A stretch of DNA of 63,452 bases, counting the filler, from Stramenopiles sp. TOSAG23-2 (lineage: Eukaryota), in NCBI GenBank assembly GCA_900128395.1. It is 14 parts of 14 records of this genome, joined end to end, with 100 filler letters (N's around TTAATTAATTAA, not from the genome) between each part and the next. Parts side by side here need not be neighbours in the genome. Positions count along the whole stretch, not along the records: positions 9,122 to 13,579 come from LT650892.1; positions 13,680 to 18,130 come from LT650893.1; positions 18,231 to 22,674 come from LT650894.1; positions 22,775 to 27,215 come from LT650895.1; 10 more parts are not named here. One strand, 5' to 3'. The notes below the pieces were generated by a model that worked only from the letters and a program-made list of their open reading frames with translations, did no database searches and was not told the origin of the DNA. Positions 12,579 through 25,432 of the stretch are shown one piece after another; position 1 is the first letter of the stretch; every line of letters starts with the position of its first letter. The position numbers and the translations under genes were made by a program.

Positions 12579-13178
12579 TTTGTCTAAATCAACATCTTCA
12601 TCTTCGTCACTAAAACTTAAATCAATATAAGTATTAGTTGTTGTTGTCGTCGTGGTCGTTGTTGTGGTAGAGCCGCTATTTCGATTGAATCTAGCTTTTT
12701 TTGCTTTTGGCTTGATAAATATACCTGGATTGTTGTTGTTGTTATTATTATGATCTTCTTCTTCTTCCTCCTCCTCGTCGTTGCTACTTGTTTGTGAAAT
12801 ATTCTTTGCATTTATTGTTGTTGGAAAAATTTGTTTCACAGCAAATATATCATCATCATCAGCAACTATTTCTTGCGAATGTAATATCATTGGACTAATT
12901 GTATTCCCCAAAATATTATCTTCATCTGAACTTTGACTATCCATCTGTATAATAGCTCCAGGTGGGGCTTTAAATTCATCGCTATCATTTATATTATCAC
13001 TATCTTCATCACTTGATATATGTATTGGTGTTATACTAGTATCTTCCTCCCTTGAATTATTATTTGCATCAGTACTAGCACTACTTCCATTTGTCTTCAT
13101 ATTATTTCCTGTTGGCGATGTGAACGATACATCATCGATAACAATAATTTCTTTTCCATCTTCATAATAGGTCGACAT
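11316..13178 (-). CDS. EME1: Crossover junction endonuclease subunit EME1/Mms4-like
   Basis: Disordered N-terminus, ERCC4-like domain, then TWMRMLMQINGVSAKKA..ITNSYPTFKTL...LSSRIFTFM HhH region. Confidence 0.8.
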
Positions 13179-13450
13179 TGTTGTTGATTACACACGATGC
13201 ATGTATCTACATCGTGTCTATACTCTTTGCCACTTTCATCACTTGTATCACACTTTTATTTCTTTTTTTTGAATGAATAATAATAGTATGTAGTAAAAGA
13301 GTAGTAATATATAATAATAATAAATAATAATAAATATCAAAAAACCAGCAAAGCAACCCAGGCAACCAAACTGTGGCAAAAATAAAAAAAAAAAAAAACA
13401 AAAAAAAAAAAAACAACAGGCACACAACAAGGGAAAAGGGCCAAACTGGG

Positions 13451-13485
<35 letters not shown>

Positions 13486-14223
13486 AAAAAAAAAAACAAC
13501 AACAGGCACACAACAAGTGCAAAGTGCCAAACTGTGGCAAAGAAAAGCAAAGATATACGTATACAGTTTCCAGCTGATGNNNNNNNNNNNNNNNNNNNNN
13601 NNNNNNNNNNNNNNNNNNNNNNNTTAATTAATTAANNNNNNNNNNNNNNNNNNNNNNNNNNNNNNNNNNNNNNNNNNNNGATTGAGAAAGGAAAAAGAAA
13701 ATAAGATGATATATATTTGTCACTTTCTCTCTTACGGTCGCGTCTATTCGTACATCTGTAGATTAGATATACAGTAGATTAAGATTTTAATTAATTTTAA
13801 TTATTTTTTTTTGAAAAAAAAATATAAAAATTTTTTTTTAGAATTTTGGTGCCTGGTATTCTAATTTCCCTTTCAAGTATACTATACCAGTGGTGTATTA
13901 ATGATAATTACCAGGCATTTGATTTCATTTGATAGGAGGTGCCTTAAACTTTCTTCAAATCTATAAATCTTCCGTCCTTAAAATCATCTTAATCTTCCTT
14001 ATCTTCCTCAATGTGGCCAAAACCAACCAATTCGTCCCTTCTTATTTATATTATTCTTTTTTTATGAATTTATAGATATTTGGATAGTGTGATGTAAAAA
14101 TGAGATCAATATTCAAACAATATATATATTAGAGATATCCACATCATTTGTTGCAGTATAGTATATATAATATACGACGAGTGAAATAAATAAATAAAAA
14201 AATAATAGAATATTATAAAAAGC

Positions 14224-15927
14224 ATGAATCGATTTAAAAATGCATTTAATGAATATAAAAAAAAATTTCAAAAAATAGAGGAGGAGGTTAATTTTAATAA
14301 TAATAATAATAATATAGCTACTGTTAATATTGATGCTTCTTCCTCGTCCTCATTCTCTTCCAACAAAATCAATAACACTGTGAAAACAAATAACAATGAT
14401 GATCATACAAAGAAAAAGAAAAAGCGTAAGAAAATAAAAAAAAATAAAAAACAACAATCAAAGGAAGGTCATAAAAGCAACAATAATAATAACAACAACC
14501 AAATATCATCATTAGCAAAATTAAAACAACGAGATCCAAGTATAAAATATATGAAAAATCCATTACAAGCACCAAAAATACTTGATGCAAAACGTTTTTT
14601 TTCAAAACATTGGCATGATAATAAATTTCATATAAAATTAAAATCAAAAACTGGTTGGAGAACCGTAGCAAAATTAAGTGTTCGTGGTAAAAAACCAACA
14701 AAACATCCAGTTATTGGTTTATTTGCACCTAAATCACATCGTATTGTACGTATACCAAATAGTCCAGCACATCATGTATCAATAAATAAAGCTTTAGCAT
14801 TAGTTGAACATTGTTTATTACAAGTACCTGCAATTAAAGGTTATGATGGTGCAAATCCTGGCGGGTTAAGTTATGTTGCATTTTCTGTACAACGTAAAGA
14901 TTCAAAAGTGCAATTGGTATTAGTATTTAATAATAATAATATAGAAGAACTTGGTACAAAAAATATTGAAAAATTTATACATTTATTGACTACTACTAGT
15001 AATGGTGCAAGCAGTAATCATCAACAACAACAAAAAAAGAAAAGAAAAAAAAAACGAAAACATGATAATAATATTAAGCAGTTATCATCCTCTAGTAATA
15101 ATAATAATAATAATAATTTAAAATATAAATCTATATTTCATTCAATTTGGTTACATTTTCATCCAGCAGGAAGACATGATAATTCAATTTTTGGTCGTAA
15201 TGAAAATTCATGGAAATGTATGTATGGCAATGAAAATGGTGTGGAGGAATCATTTGAGGAAATATCACGTATTACCTCATCCTCATCATTGACATCTTCT
15301 AATAATAATAAAAGACAACATGGTAGTAGTAATAATAATAATAAGAAAGATGTTTATAAATCCATCATGTATTTTCCACCATTTGTATTTCGACAAGCAA
15401 ATTTAGATGCATTTGAAAATATTGTTCAAACTATACGAAAATATTTACCATTAAATAAAAATGTAGTTGAATTGTATGGTGGTGTTGGTACCATCGGTTT
15501 GAATGTCATTGATTTAGTTCATCATTTATCATGTAGTGATGAAAATCCACATAACGAAAAATGTTTTTTACGTTCAAGACAAAAATTAAGTTCAAATCTA
15601 CAAAATAAAGTTAGTTATACAACAGGTTCAGCAACTGAAATGGTCGTAAATAAAAATGAATTATCTGGTAAAGATATTTGTATAGTAGATCCACCACGAA
15701 AAGGATTAGACGATGCAGTTATAAAGGCATTATTGGCTGAAGATGGCCCAAAACGATTGATATACGTCAGTTGTGGCTTTAAAGCATTTAAACGTGATTA
15801 TGAAGCTTTAACATCTAATGCAAATATTAATAGAGATCGTTTTCAATTGATACATGCTGAAGGTCATGTTTTGTTTCCTGGGGCAGATCATTTAGAAACA
15901 GTTGCTATTTTTGATAAAGCTCGCTAG
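14224..15927 (+). CDS. RNA (uracil-5)-methyltransferase, TrmA/RlmD family
   Basis: FRQAN, ELYGGVGTIG (SAM binding), VDPPRKGL, LIYVSC (catalytic Cys) and LFPGADHLE motifs. Confidence 0.88.
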   Translation: MNRFKNAFNEYKKKFQKIEEEVNFNNNNNNIATVNIDASSSSSFSSNKINNTVKTNNNDDHTKKKKKRKKIKKNKKQQSKEGHKSNNNNNNNQISSLAKLKQRDPSIKYMKNPLQAPKILDAKRFFSKHWHDNKFHIKLKSKTGWRTVAKLSVRGKKPTKHPVIGLFAPKSHRIVRIPNSPAHHVSINKALALVEHCLLQVPAIKGYDGANPGGLSYVAFSVQRKDSKVQLVLVFNNNNIEELGTKNIEKFIHLLTTTSNGASSNHQQQQKKKRKKKRKHDNNIKQLSSSSNNNNNNNLKYKSIFHSIWLHFHPAGRHDNSIFGRNENSWKCMYGNENGVEESFEEISRITSSSSLTSSNNNKRQHGSSNNNNKKDVYKSIMYFPPFVFRQANLDAFENIVQTIRKYLPLNKNVVELYGGVGTIGLNVIDLVHHLSCSDENPHNEKCFLRSRQKLSSNLQNKVSYTTGSATEMVVNKNELSGKDICIVDPPRKGLDDAVIKALLAEDGPKRLIYVSCGFKAFKRDYEALTSNANINRDRFQLIHAEGHVLFPGADHLETVAIFDKAR

Positions 15928-16205
15928 AAGTAAAAGATAATAAAGATGGTACTGAATCTATCGTGAAGACAATATTAAAAATAATATTTTATTCATCCGT
16001 GTATTAAAATTTTTTTTTATAGAAGAGATATAAAAATGTATGATTAATGATATGATAATCTCTGATGATAATATATTGTACGAGCTCGTACAATTTTGTG
16101 TATGATTTTTAGTGTCATTTTTTAAAACTTGTTTTGTAAAATATAACAAGTTAAATATATTAAAAATTAAATGATTTTATTTTGGCACTTTGTGACGAGT
16201 TTATT

Positions 16206-18130
16206 TCAATGATTTAAATCACCTCTACCTTTCCCTACAAATATACCATTTTCATCATATCTATTAGCTTTTCCACCTTTTAAACGTATAAGTGCAATCT
16301 TCTCTTGGCGAATCGGACTATCATTATTAAAATATGCCAAGTCCAACGGAGTGTCTTCTCGCCTGAACCAATGTGTTTCCGTCCCGTCCTTCTTGTTAAT
16401 ACTATTAATAGACATATGGTCTAATAAAAGTTGAATCACATCAATATTCGTTCTGTTATACTTTGCTGCATAATGTAATGCATTCGCTCCAACATCATTT
16501 GTAATATTAGCATCAGCTTCACCTTGTTCAAATAAATATTGAACTATGAGGAAATGTTCGTTCTCTGCAGCTGCCATTAAAGGTGTCAATTCCCTACCAC
16601 GACTATCTTTACCGACTTGATTCACATATTCTTTCAATGTCATATAATTACCATTATCATTATCATAATCAAGATCAGAATCTTCTGATGATTCTGATGA
16701 CACATGAGCACTATCATTATCAGAATCAAAATCAGAATCTTCTGCTGATTCTAATGACATATTACCATTACTACCGTTCTCATCATGGCTTATAATCAAT
16801 AATATCACATCCCCCAAACGTCCTTTTTCACATGCACATACTAATGGCGTACCTTTTGGAAATTCTTTTCCATATAATAATACTTTTGCTGCCTGAATTC
16901 CTTGCTTTCTTCCATCATCAACATCAGTTTGTCGACCACCTTTTGACAATAAATATGTTACAACATTTTCATGTTGGTAGTATGCAGCATAATACAATCC
17001 AGTTTTTCCATCACTATCGGTGTCATTTATGTCATAATCTAATGTTTCTATTAATGATTTGACATCTTCTAGGATACCTTTTTTACAAATGAATAGTAAA
17101 TTGTATGAAACACCATGTTTACGTTCCAAGTAGTTTTTAGTTATATCCTTTCTTTTTTGCTTTCTTCCATCATCAACATCAGTTTGTCGACCACCTTTTG
17201 ACAATAAATATGTTACAACATTTTCATGTTGGTAGTATGCGGCATACAATCCAGTTTTTCCATCACTATCGGTGTCGTTTATGTCATAATCTACAACTTT
17301 GATAAAGCATTTGACATCTTCTAGGATACCTTTTTTACAAATTATTTGAAAGTTGAATGAATCCGCAATATCCAAATATTTATGTTTTAACATGTATTTT
17401 CTCATGAAAAATTTACAATCATTATCTTGAATAATTTTACCTGAAAATTTATTGTGCCAACCTTTCCCCATGTTAACATACCCCAACGAAGAATTTCCCT
17501 TCAACATCTCGATAAATATGTCATAGCTATCCTGGCTATATGATATATTATTACCACCTAATCTTAATTTTTTAATAGTTTGACATTCACTAATGAAATC
17601 TGCAATTTCGAGAAATCCTGGCTCATCGTTTATAGAATTACCAACCAACGTTAATTCTCTAATTGATATCTTTAAACCATTTACCAGTTTAATTAATATT
17701 TCTACAGCACCATTACTTAAGTTTATACCACTTAAATCAATACAATTATCATGTTTTTCTGATAATATATATTTCATTTGTATTAACACCCTATCATTAA
17801 TGGCAGATGTATCTTCGTATAATAATATATTATGTATTTTTTCAATTTCTTCTTGTTTACGCCTTGCCTCTATTATTTTTCTTAATTCTTCAGCTTTTTT
17901 TTCTTTCAATCTATGGACACGTTTACGTTCTTGTGTCAATTTCTCTGTTACATTTGATAATTCCCGTTCACGTTTACGTTTTTTAATTGAATTTTCATTT
18001 AATGGTATTTTTTTTAAGTTTGAAATCTTACGTTCTAGCCGATATACTTTATTCCCACTGAACATTGGGACATTGGTATTACCATTGTTATTATTATTAT
18101 TATTGACTTGCCGTTCTTTTTCATTTTCAT
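16206..18130 (-). CDS. LRR plus ankyrin repeat protein (frame open to contig gap)
   Basis: RI-like LRRs (IDLSGINL, LTLVGNSI, LRLGGNNI), then ankyrin repeats (GTPLVCAC, TPLMAAA, ANALHYAA, TPLDLA); contains a diverged in-frame ~240-nt duplication. Confidence 0.85.
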
Positions 18131-18230
18131 NNNNNNNNNNNNNNNNNNNNNNNNNNNNNNNNNNNNNNNNNNNNTTAATTAATTAANNNNNNNNNNNNNN
18201 NNNNNNNNNNNNNNNNNNNNNNNNNNNNNN

Positions 18231-18683
18231 CAAGACGTATTAACTCGTGCAACAATTGTAGTTGGATCATTGCCATTTCAACTTTGTGAACATGGGGTTG
18301 TATCCTTTGCTGCAGCGTTACAAAAAAGTGGTGCAAGTCATGGTACGGCACATGCATTTTTATTAATGGCACCAGCTACAAATATAGCAACATTAGGTGC
18401 AGTGTTAAAAGCAACTGGAGGATTGGATCGTTTTGCACCATTACGTAGTGCAGCTGCAATTTCCATTTTAGCATTTGGTATGTCATATGTTTTTGATTTT
18501 TTAATTACATCAGAGAGTGGGAAAAATTTAGGTGAAGCTGTGGAGACTTTTGTTTTGCCTGAATGGTGGTCAACTATGTCGATATGGATCTGTCAATTAT
18601 TTATCATACAATCGTTGTTGTTATCAAAACATATTGTATTTTTTTATTGTTATATTGGTATATTATGTACCGTCGTACGGTAG
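18231..18683 (+). CDS. DUF318/ArsP-type permease, 5'-truncated fragment
   Basis: LPFQLCEHGVVSFAAALQKSGASHGTAHAFLLMAPATNIATL resembles the permease P-x-x-x-C...G...AFLLA-PATN motif; the 3' end may be chimeric. Confidence 0.6.
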   Translation, partial: QDVLTRATIVVGSLPFQLCEHGVVSFAAALQKSGASHGTAHAFLLMAPATNIATLGAVLKATGGLDRFAPLRSAAAISILAFGMSYVFDFLITSESGKNLGEAVETFVLPEWWSTMSIWICQLFIIQSLLLSKHIVFFYCYIGILCTVVR

Positions 18684-18691
18684 GACCTGCA

Positions 18692-18937
18692 TGAGGTTGG
18701 TGGAGTGAATAACCTGCCAAAGGTTGGTGGAGCGATGCGTATTAATACCTACCTGCCTGAGATGTTTGTGGAGGGAAGCGTATAAATATCAAAAGTTAAA
18801 CTTTTTGTGTGTACTGAGGTTGGTGGAGTGAATAACCTGCCAAAGGTTGGTGGAGCGATGCGTATTAATACCTACCTGCCTGAGATGTTTGTGGAGGGAA
18901 GCGTATAAATATCAAAAGTTAAACTTTTTGTGTGTAC
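18692..18937. repeat. Exact 123-bp tandem duplication
   Basis: TGAGGTTGGTGGAGTG...TGTGTGTAC present twice (starts 18692 and 18815). Confidence 0.9.
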
Positions 18938-19384
18938 ATCATGTATATATTCAGACGACGAACACTTTAATAAACACTTTACTTTCGACTAAGTGAACTG
19001 AAAGAGAGGAACTTTTTGTAGTATGGTACGACGTACACGAGAAACGTATGCGCGTAAAACATTTGTAAAACCACGCTCACATAATACTATATACTCGTGC
19101 ACATTTTAAGTACTCAATATTTTTATTTTTAAATATGCATATCATATCATATTTTAAAATATATTTCGTATTTTTTTACGATTGTAAACATTTTCATTAA
19201 TAATATTTTATATATAAAAATTTTACATATTACAGAGGTCATTTTTTTTCACACACACACTACAAAACAATTTCAAATGTATTACAAACTTGACATTCCA
19301 TGACTAAATTTTGTAAACCACGTCCACCACCAAATCTATCAGTGACATAGAATTGAGGTGTAGCTTGACATTTTTTATTTATAA

Positions 19385-20357
19385 CTACAAAACAATTTCA
19401 AATGTATTACAAACTTGACATTCCATGACTAAATTTTGTAAACCACGTCCACCACCAAATCTATCAGTGACATAGAATTGAGGTGTAGCTTGACATTTTT
19501 TATTTATATGCGCATTGATATGTTGGCCTAACGTATCTCCAACATTGTCCATTGTTATATTATCATGTTGTGTATCAATTCGCATACCACAACCACAGAA
19601 AAAAATACGACCATTTTGCATTAAATTACGACGTTGACAAACTGGACATAGTACTCCGTGTGGATATCGTACGGATGGTTTCATCAAATTACTATTGTTG
19701 GTATTATTATTGTTGTTGTTATTGTTATTGTTTGCATCAGGTTCATGATATGAGTTGATATCATGCATCATTACTTCATTGGCATAGTTGGCATATTGAT
19801 CCTCGTATTGTTGCTGTAACATTTCTTGCTCCAGTCGTATTTCTTCTAATAAATCTTGTTCCAAGATTTTCCATAAATCTTGAACTTCTTGGTCAATATT
19901 AGGTGTATTATTATAATTAGAGGTTGTAGTTGTGGTAGTAGTAGTAGTGGTGGTGGTAGCGGTTGTATTGTCTACATTCATTTGCTGTTGTTGCTGCTGC
20001 TGTTGGTGGTGATAATTTTGCTGCATTTGTTGTTGTTGTAGTAGTGGTGGTGGTAGTGGTTGTATTGTCTACATTCATTTGCTGTTGTTGCTGCTGCTGT
20101 TGGTGGTGATAATTTTGCTGCATTTGTTGTTGTTGTTGTTGTTGCTGCATTTGCATTTGGATTTGAGGTGGTGAATTTGCTTTCACTTGTCTAATACTTT
20201 CTTGGACTGACATACCATTTTTAATAATATTTAATTTTACAATTTTTCTAATTCTTCTATATTCTACATTGCTATTATTTAAGTCATCTTCCTCGGAACC
20301 ACGGGACCGTTTTCCTAATGTAGCCGGAGAGAATGTGCTGAACGATCGCTTCGACAT
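19385..20357 (-). CDS. RPA-interacting protein (RIP/RPAIN)-like, frame broken by a local duplication
   Basis: C-terminal zinc domain CPVC...FCGCG...HINAH..C..TPQF...MECQVC; N-terminal part in the 19917-20411 ORF; the last 125 nt are duplicated at 19260. Confidence 0.75.
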
Positions 20358-20887
20358 GATCTTTTTGATACTTCTTGTTTGTATCTTTTTTATAATATCT
20401 GTATCACACATCCAGTATAAAAAATATAGTAAATATATATGTTTTAGTTTTGCACTTTTTCAAAGGGTTGTTTTATTTTATAAATTATTATTGTTGCAGT
20501 GTTGTCTTCTACTAAAAAACATCATTAATTCACTAATGTGGTCTGTAAAATAAAAAAGTGGTGTTTCAAGAAAATTAATATAATTTTTTTGTTGTCGGTA
20601 GCTTTTATTATAATGCTATTTCTATACACTATATTATTAGAATAAAAATTGCAAAAAATTCATCATTATTAAAATTAAAATATCCGGTGGTGGTGTGGTG
20701 AAAAAATAAAATTATATTATTATTGGTTGCTGGATTAATGAAAATAAATATATATGTACTATAGTACACATCTATTATATATCGATATTGGATTGATTAC
20801 ATTATACATAGACGTATTACACCGTTTCCTTTCAAACGGTGTGATGTACAAAAAGGTGTTTGTAAAAACCAAACGAAATTGAATATC

Positions 20888-20971
20888 ATGAATTTTGCGA
20901 ATGAATATAACAATAATAATGCCAATAGTAGTAGAAGAACATATGGATCGATTATTGATAATATTGTAAGC

Positions 20972-21003
<32 letters not shown>

Positions 21004-22106
21004 ACAACGTGGTGAGGAATATATGGATGATCCATTTGCCATATCTGAAGAGGAGGATGAAGATGACAACAATAGTGATGCCGATAGTAGAATAATAATA
21101 ATAATAATAATACACAACGTGGTGAGGAATATATGGATGATCCATTTGCCATATCTGAAGAGGAGGATGAAGATGACAACAATAGTGATGCCGATAGTAG
21201 TAACCATTCCAACAATGCAATTTTTAATTTAATGTCATTTTCAGATAGTCGTATCAGAATTCAAGGACTAGTAAAAAAAGCAACAAGAACACCTGAACGA
21301 AAAAAAAGAAGTGCACAAAAAATAATAATAAAGTTAGCCCCAGATCAGAAAAGGCATCCAACTTAAATTCTGCAGTTCAAACATTAAATGATCTTTTAGA
21401 TAGCGTGCATAATGACACATTACCCGATTCACCAATACTTGCAAATATATCAAATAACCGAGAAAACAGTATGATGGAAGGAGGAGATAACAACGCAGAC
21501 CAAAACAATGCCACAAATACACCATTTATAGTAGATAGCCCATCATCATCACAAAAAGTAAATATTAAGCAAGTCGATCATTTTGGTGATGACACGATAG
21601 CTTCACCAATACCAGAAGACCACATGCAAAATGATGTTACATACGATAGTAGTATGATTGATATCACACAAAGTCCAAGTGGTATTCAAAACATCAGTGG
21701 TAAAAATTCGCCTGAATTTAAGCTTGAATTATTGAAAAAAGAACTAGAAGAATCCAGAGCATCGATTGTACGACATGTACATAGCGCATCAAAATTACGA
21801 AAACAAATTCATACAAATCGACGTAAATATGAAGCAGATATAAAAGAAATGAAAAAAACAATTAAATTAAATGTGTCAACAACATCAGATCAAAATATCG
21901 ATGATGCAAAGAAAGAAATTGCTACAGAGTTGATGAAACAACATCGAGAATCGCTTGCAACAGAAGAACGGAAACATGAGCATGAATTGCGAAATGAAAA
22001 GAAGCGATTTGAAAATTATATTGAAATGGATAAAGAAGAGAAAGATATTGCATTTGAGTTTGTGTTGAATAAATTAGAAGATTTTTTGGATGATGGTAGT
22101 TTATGA
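20888..22106 (+). CDS. Hypothetical acidic/coiled-coil protein, interrupted by a duplication and a poly-A frameshift
   Basis: ORFs 20879, 21133 and 21405 join into one frame if the 110-bp duplication is removed and a shift in the A-rich run near 21320 is allowed (NNNKVSPRSEKASNLNSAVQ...). Confidence 0.5.
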
Positions 22107-22776
22107 GAGAGGAGAAGTGTTGTGGGCAACTTGTACATTTTGTACGAATGGCATTTTTGAGCGCTATATTAAAAGGAAGAAATGAAGAAATACTTTTATA
22201 TATATAGTTGAATAAATTAGAAGATTTTTTGGATGATGGTAGTTTATGAGAGAGGAGAAGTGTTGTGGGCAACTTGTACATTTTGTACGAATGGCATTTT
22301 TGAGCGCTATATTAAAAGGAAGAAATGAAGAAATACTTTTATATATATATATATATTATAAAAGCCACCACCAACTATATATCCATTCGGGATGAACACG
22401 CAGGGGGGGTTTTGTGATTTAGCAATTTTATCTTTGAAACAAATGGCCAACAGAAAGTTTACACTTTCTTCTGCCACGAAACAAAAATTAAATTGGCTTA
22501 AAGCACAATGGGTCAATGAAACTTGTAGAAATCTACAAGCTAAAGTGATCAAAACCGCGGCTTTTTGCCACAACCGTGCACTTCAAGATCTTTATCCGGC
22601 TAGTTACCGATTGTTGTTCACAACAGGATCTTTCACTTTGACAGCCTCACCGTTGTCGAATGAGCCCGGCGTCCNNNNNNNNNNNNNNNNNNNNNNNNNN
22701 NNNNNNNNNNNNNNNNNNTTAATTAATTAANNNNNNNNNNNNNNNNNNNNNNNNNNNNNNNNNNNNNNNNNNNNAT

Positions 22777-23616
22777 TATTATGAATTTCAATTGAAAGAT
22801 CCATTCCTTCAAGTGAACCACAAAATGTCAGCGCAAGAGAAACAAGCATTTTATGATTCATTGCCACCAGAAATACGTCAAGAGGTTATGGCACAGGAAC
22901 ATATGCAACAAAAAGCAATGACAAAGAAAAAACCAAAGAATGAATCTAATGCAGTTACAAAAGTTGTAGAGTCATCACCTATTGTTGTTGTAAATGATGC
23001 ACCGAATGATAAGAACACGGCTGAAATGGCTGAATTGGCTTTAACGGAGGAACAACCAAATATGAAAAAACCACCAGCACAAGAAACTAATGAGGATGAT
23101 CTTAGTTTAGGATTTAATAATGACGAGGAAAGAGATACAGAAAAGCCTGCAGCTACTGTGCATGACGACGGGCCATTATTAGATTTTGATGATGTTACAA
23201 ACACTAATAGTGCAAATAATAAGAATATGAATAATAGCAACCAAACTGGTTTTAGCTTCATGAATAATACAAATAATAGCAATACTGGAAATGGAAAAGA
23301 AACCGCCAATCCGCCTGCACCTCAATTAACATTACCACCAAACCTTCCACCGCAGCAACCATTTCAACAAAATCCAATACAAAATATCGTTGGCAATAAT
23401 AGTACACTTGGGGATGAAAACCCTTTTAAAACAATGCAACAGCAACAACAGCAACAACAACAGAAAGCACAACAACAACAACCATCTGTCGCAGCAGAAA
23501 AACCATTGGATAGATTGCGTAAAGCGAAAGGATTATTAAACGAAGGATTAATTGAGCAAGCTGAGTATGATGAAATTAAAAAAGTAGTTATGGCACAATT
23601 GAAGGGGCAGCGATAA
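22777..23616 (+). CDS. C-terminal part of a protein with ubiquitin-binding-like motif and SHOCT domain
   Basis: FYDSLPPEIRQEVMAQ (UBM-like) and terminal DRLRKAKGLLNEGLIEQAEYDEIKK (SHOCT); frame open to the gap. Confidence 0.65.
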   Translation, partial: YYEFQLKDPFLQVNHKMSAQEKQAFYDSLPPEIRQEVMAQEHMQQKAMTKKKPKNESNAVTKVVESSPIVVVNDAPNDKNTAEMAELALTEEQPNMKKPPAQETNEDDLSLGFNNDEERDTEKPAATVHDDGPLLDFDDVTNTNSANNKNMNNSNQTGFSFMNNTNNSNTGNGKETANPPAPQLTLPPNLPPQQPFQQNPIQNIVGNNSTLGDENPFKTMQQQQQQQQQKAQQQQPSVAAEKPLDRLRKAKGLLNEGLIEQAEYDEIKKVVMAQLKGQR

Positions 23617-24033
23617 ATGATTGAGAATTTAATATTGATATATTTAAACAAAGATCACCAGTGTGTGTGTGTGTTCGTGTCTTTTTATTACACACACCGA
23701 ATGAATAAATTGTGTCGTGTGCCAGTTAATATCTTGTATGTATTTATTTATTTTGTAGTATCATAGTATAAAATATTAAATCAGTGTGTGTAAATATAAT
23801 ATTTTACGTAAAATATTCGTAAAAAAATTTATGTTGCCTTCTTTTACTTTCGTGTAAAAAAAACCTGTCTTCACTCACGAAACTTGCAAAATAACATTTC
23901 ATATTAGATAAAATGTTTCACATTTTTCAAAAAAAATACGTTTTCGTACTCGTAATATACGTATACCATACATGTTTTACATTTAAAATACAAGCGAAAC
24001 GACGAATAAAATATTTACATAAGACAGGACTAA

Positions 24034-25206
24034 TTACAATGCATCAACATATAAATTAAACGCATCATCAAATTCAACCAACCTAGGATTATTTGGCAAT
24101 AATCTAGTCTGTTTCATTGCCTCTGTTGCTAACATTTCACAATCACTATATTCAATATTAACATCTTTCAATCGACCTGGTATTTCAAAATCTTTTGTCA
24201 TTTGCAAAAATCTCGTAGACATAATATCTGCACCTTCATCATGGAAATTAGCATTTGTATCTTGTAAATCAGGAAAACAAAGTGGTACGATAGAATCATA
24301 AATATCACTAGCCCATGCATTTCTAGCATTGAAACGTAATACATGCGGTAACATTAAAACATTTGAAACTCCATGACTTACTTTAAAATGGGTACCAATC
24401 GGGTAGGCCAATGCATGAACAGCAGCAACAGGCGCATTTGCAAATGCTTGTCCTGCTAACATAGATCCTAATAACATATTTTGGCGTGCTTCTAAATCAT
24501 CACCATTTTCACATACACGATAAATATTCTTTCCTAACAAATTTAATGCTTCACGACTTAACATATCCGACAATGAATTTTTTTTGTGTACAGATGTTTG
24601 TGCCTCAATAGCATGCACCATAGCATCAATTCCAGTGGAGGCACTTATAAATGTTGGTAAACTAGTTGTTAAAGATGCATCTAAAATAGCATAGTCAGGA
24701 TATAATAAATCGGATACAACACCTTTCTTTTCATTTTCACCTGTTGTTATAATTGATATCGGCGTAACTTCACTACCAGTTCCAGCAGTAGTAGGTATTT
24801 GTATAAGTGGTAAACGACTAGTACCTTTACAATTATCTACACCATATATTTCTGAAATATCAATGTTATGGTTTTGCTCTGACGAAAGATATGCTACTAA
24901 TTTTGCTATATCCATTGGGCTTCCACCACCAAAACCTATTATTGAATCTACTTCATTGTCCTTTGCCATTTGTGCTACTTCTTGTATTAAATATTCAGGA
25001 GGATCTGGTCTTACACCATCATATATTGTTACATTTACACCGTCATTCTGTAACGACTCAAGTGCATCTTTCATCAAATTAAATTTAATTACACCTTCAT
25101 CTGTTACTATCAGTACGTTTTTCAAAGATAATTTCTTAAACAATGAGCCTAACTCTTTTGTTGCACCAATTTTCGATATGATTGATTTAGTGGTTTGAAA
25201 TAGCAT
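24034..25206 (-). CDS. Iron-containing alcohol dehydrogenase
   Basis: GGGSPMDIAK, IPTTAGTGSE, GIDAMVHAIE, HALAYP and SHG metal-ligand motifs. Confidence 0.95.
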   Translation of the reverse strand: MLFQTTKSIISKIGATKELGSLFKKLSLKNVLIVTDEGVIKFNLMKDALESLQNDGVNVTIYDGVRPDPPEYLIQEVAQMAKDNEVDSIIGFGGGSPMDIAKLVAYLSSEQNHNIDISEIYGVDNCKGTSRLPLIQIPTTAGTGSEVTPISIITTGENEKKGVVSDLLYPDYAILDASLTTSLPTFISASTGIDAMVHAIEAQTSVHKKNSLSDMLSREALNLLGKNIYRVCENGDDLEARQNMLLGSMLAGQAFANAPVAAVHALAYPIGTHFKVSHGVSNVLMLPHVLRFNARNAWASDIYDSIVPLCFPDLQDTNANFHDEGADIMSTRFLQMTKDFEIPGRLKDVNIEYSDCEMLATEAMKQTRLLPNNPRLVEFDDAFNLYVDAL

Positions 25207-25432
25207 GATATATTCTATTTTAGATTTCTAATATTTGTTGTGAATTGAATATTGTCAGTAAATATGTATTTACATTTCTACGATATATTTATATTTAGTT
25301 TACAAAATCAGTATTATAATTTATTAATTTTTTACATACGTACAAATTTAGATATGTGCATATATTATTACCAAGCACCATTATTAATTAAGAGGTGGTA
25401 AATATAATATATATAACTTCATTTTTTCCCCA

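Noticed and set aside
13207-13579. Hydrophobic poly-Phe and poly-Lys ORFs
   Set aside because: They arise from poly-A runs and degenerate local repeats at a contig end; low-quality sequence.
21300-21405. Possible programmed frameshift in the hypothetical protein
   Set aside because: The shift falls in an A-rich run on an artefact-rich contig; a sequencing error is simpler.
18692-22350. Five near-exact tandem duplications (123, 125, ~114, 110 and 143 bp)
   Set aside because: Read-length-sized, essentially identical, mostly breaking or duplicating coding sequence, and concentrated on one contig: most likely assembly artefacts, not CRISPR or programmed rearrangement.
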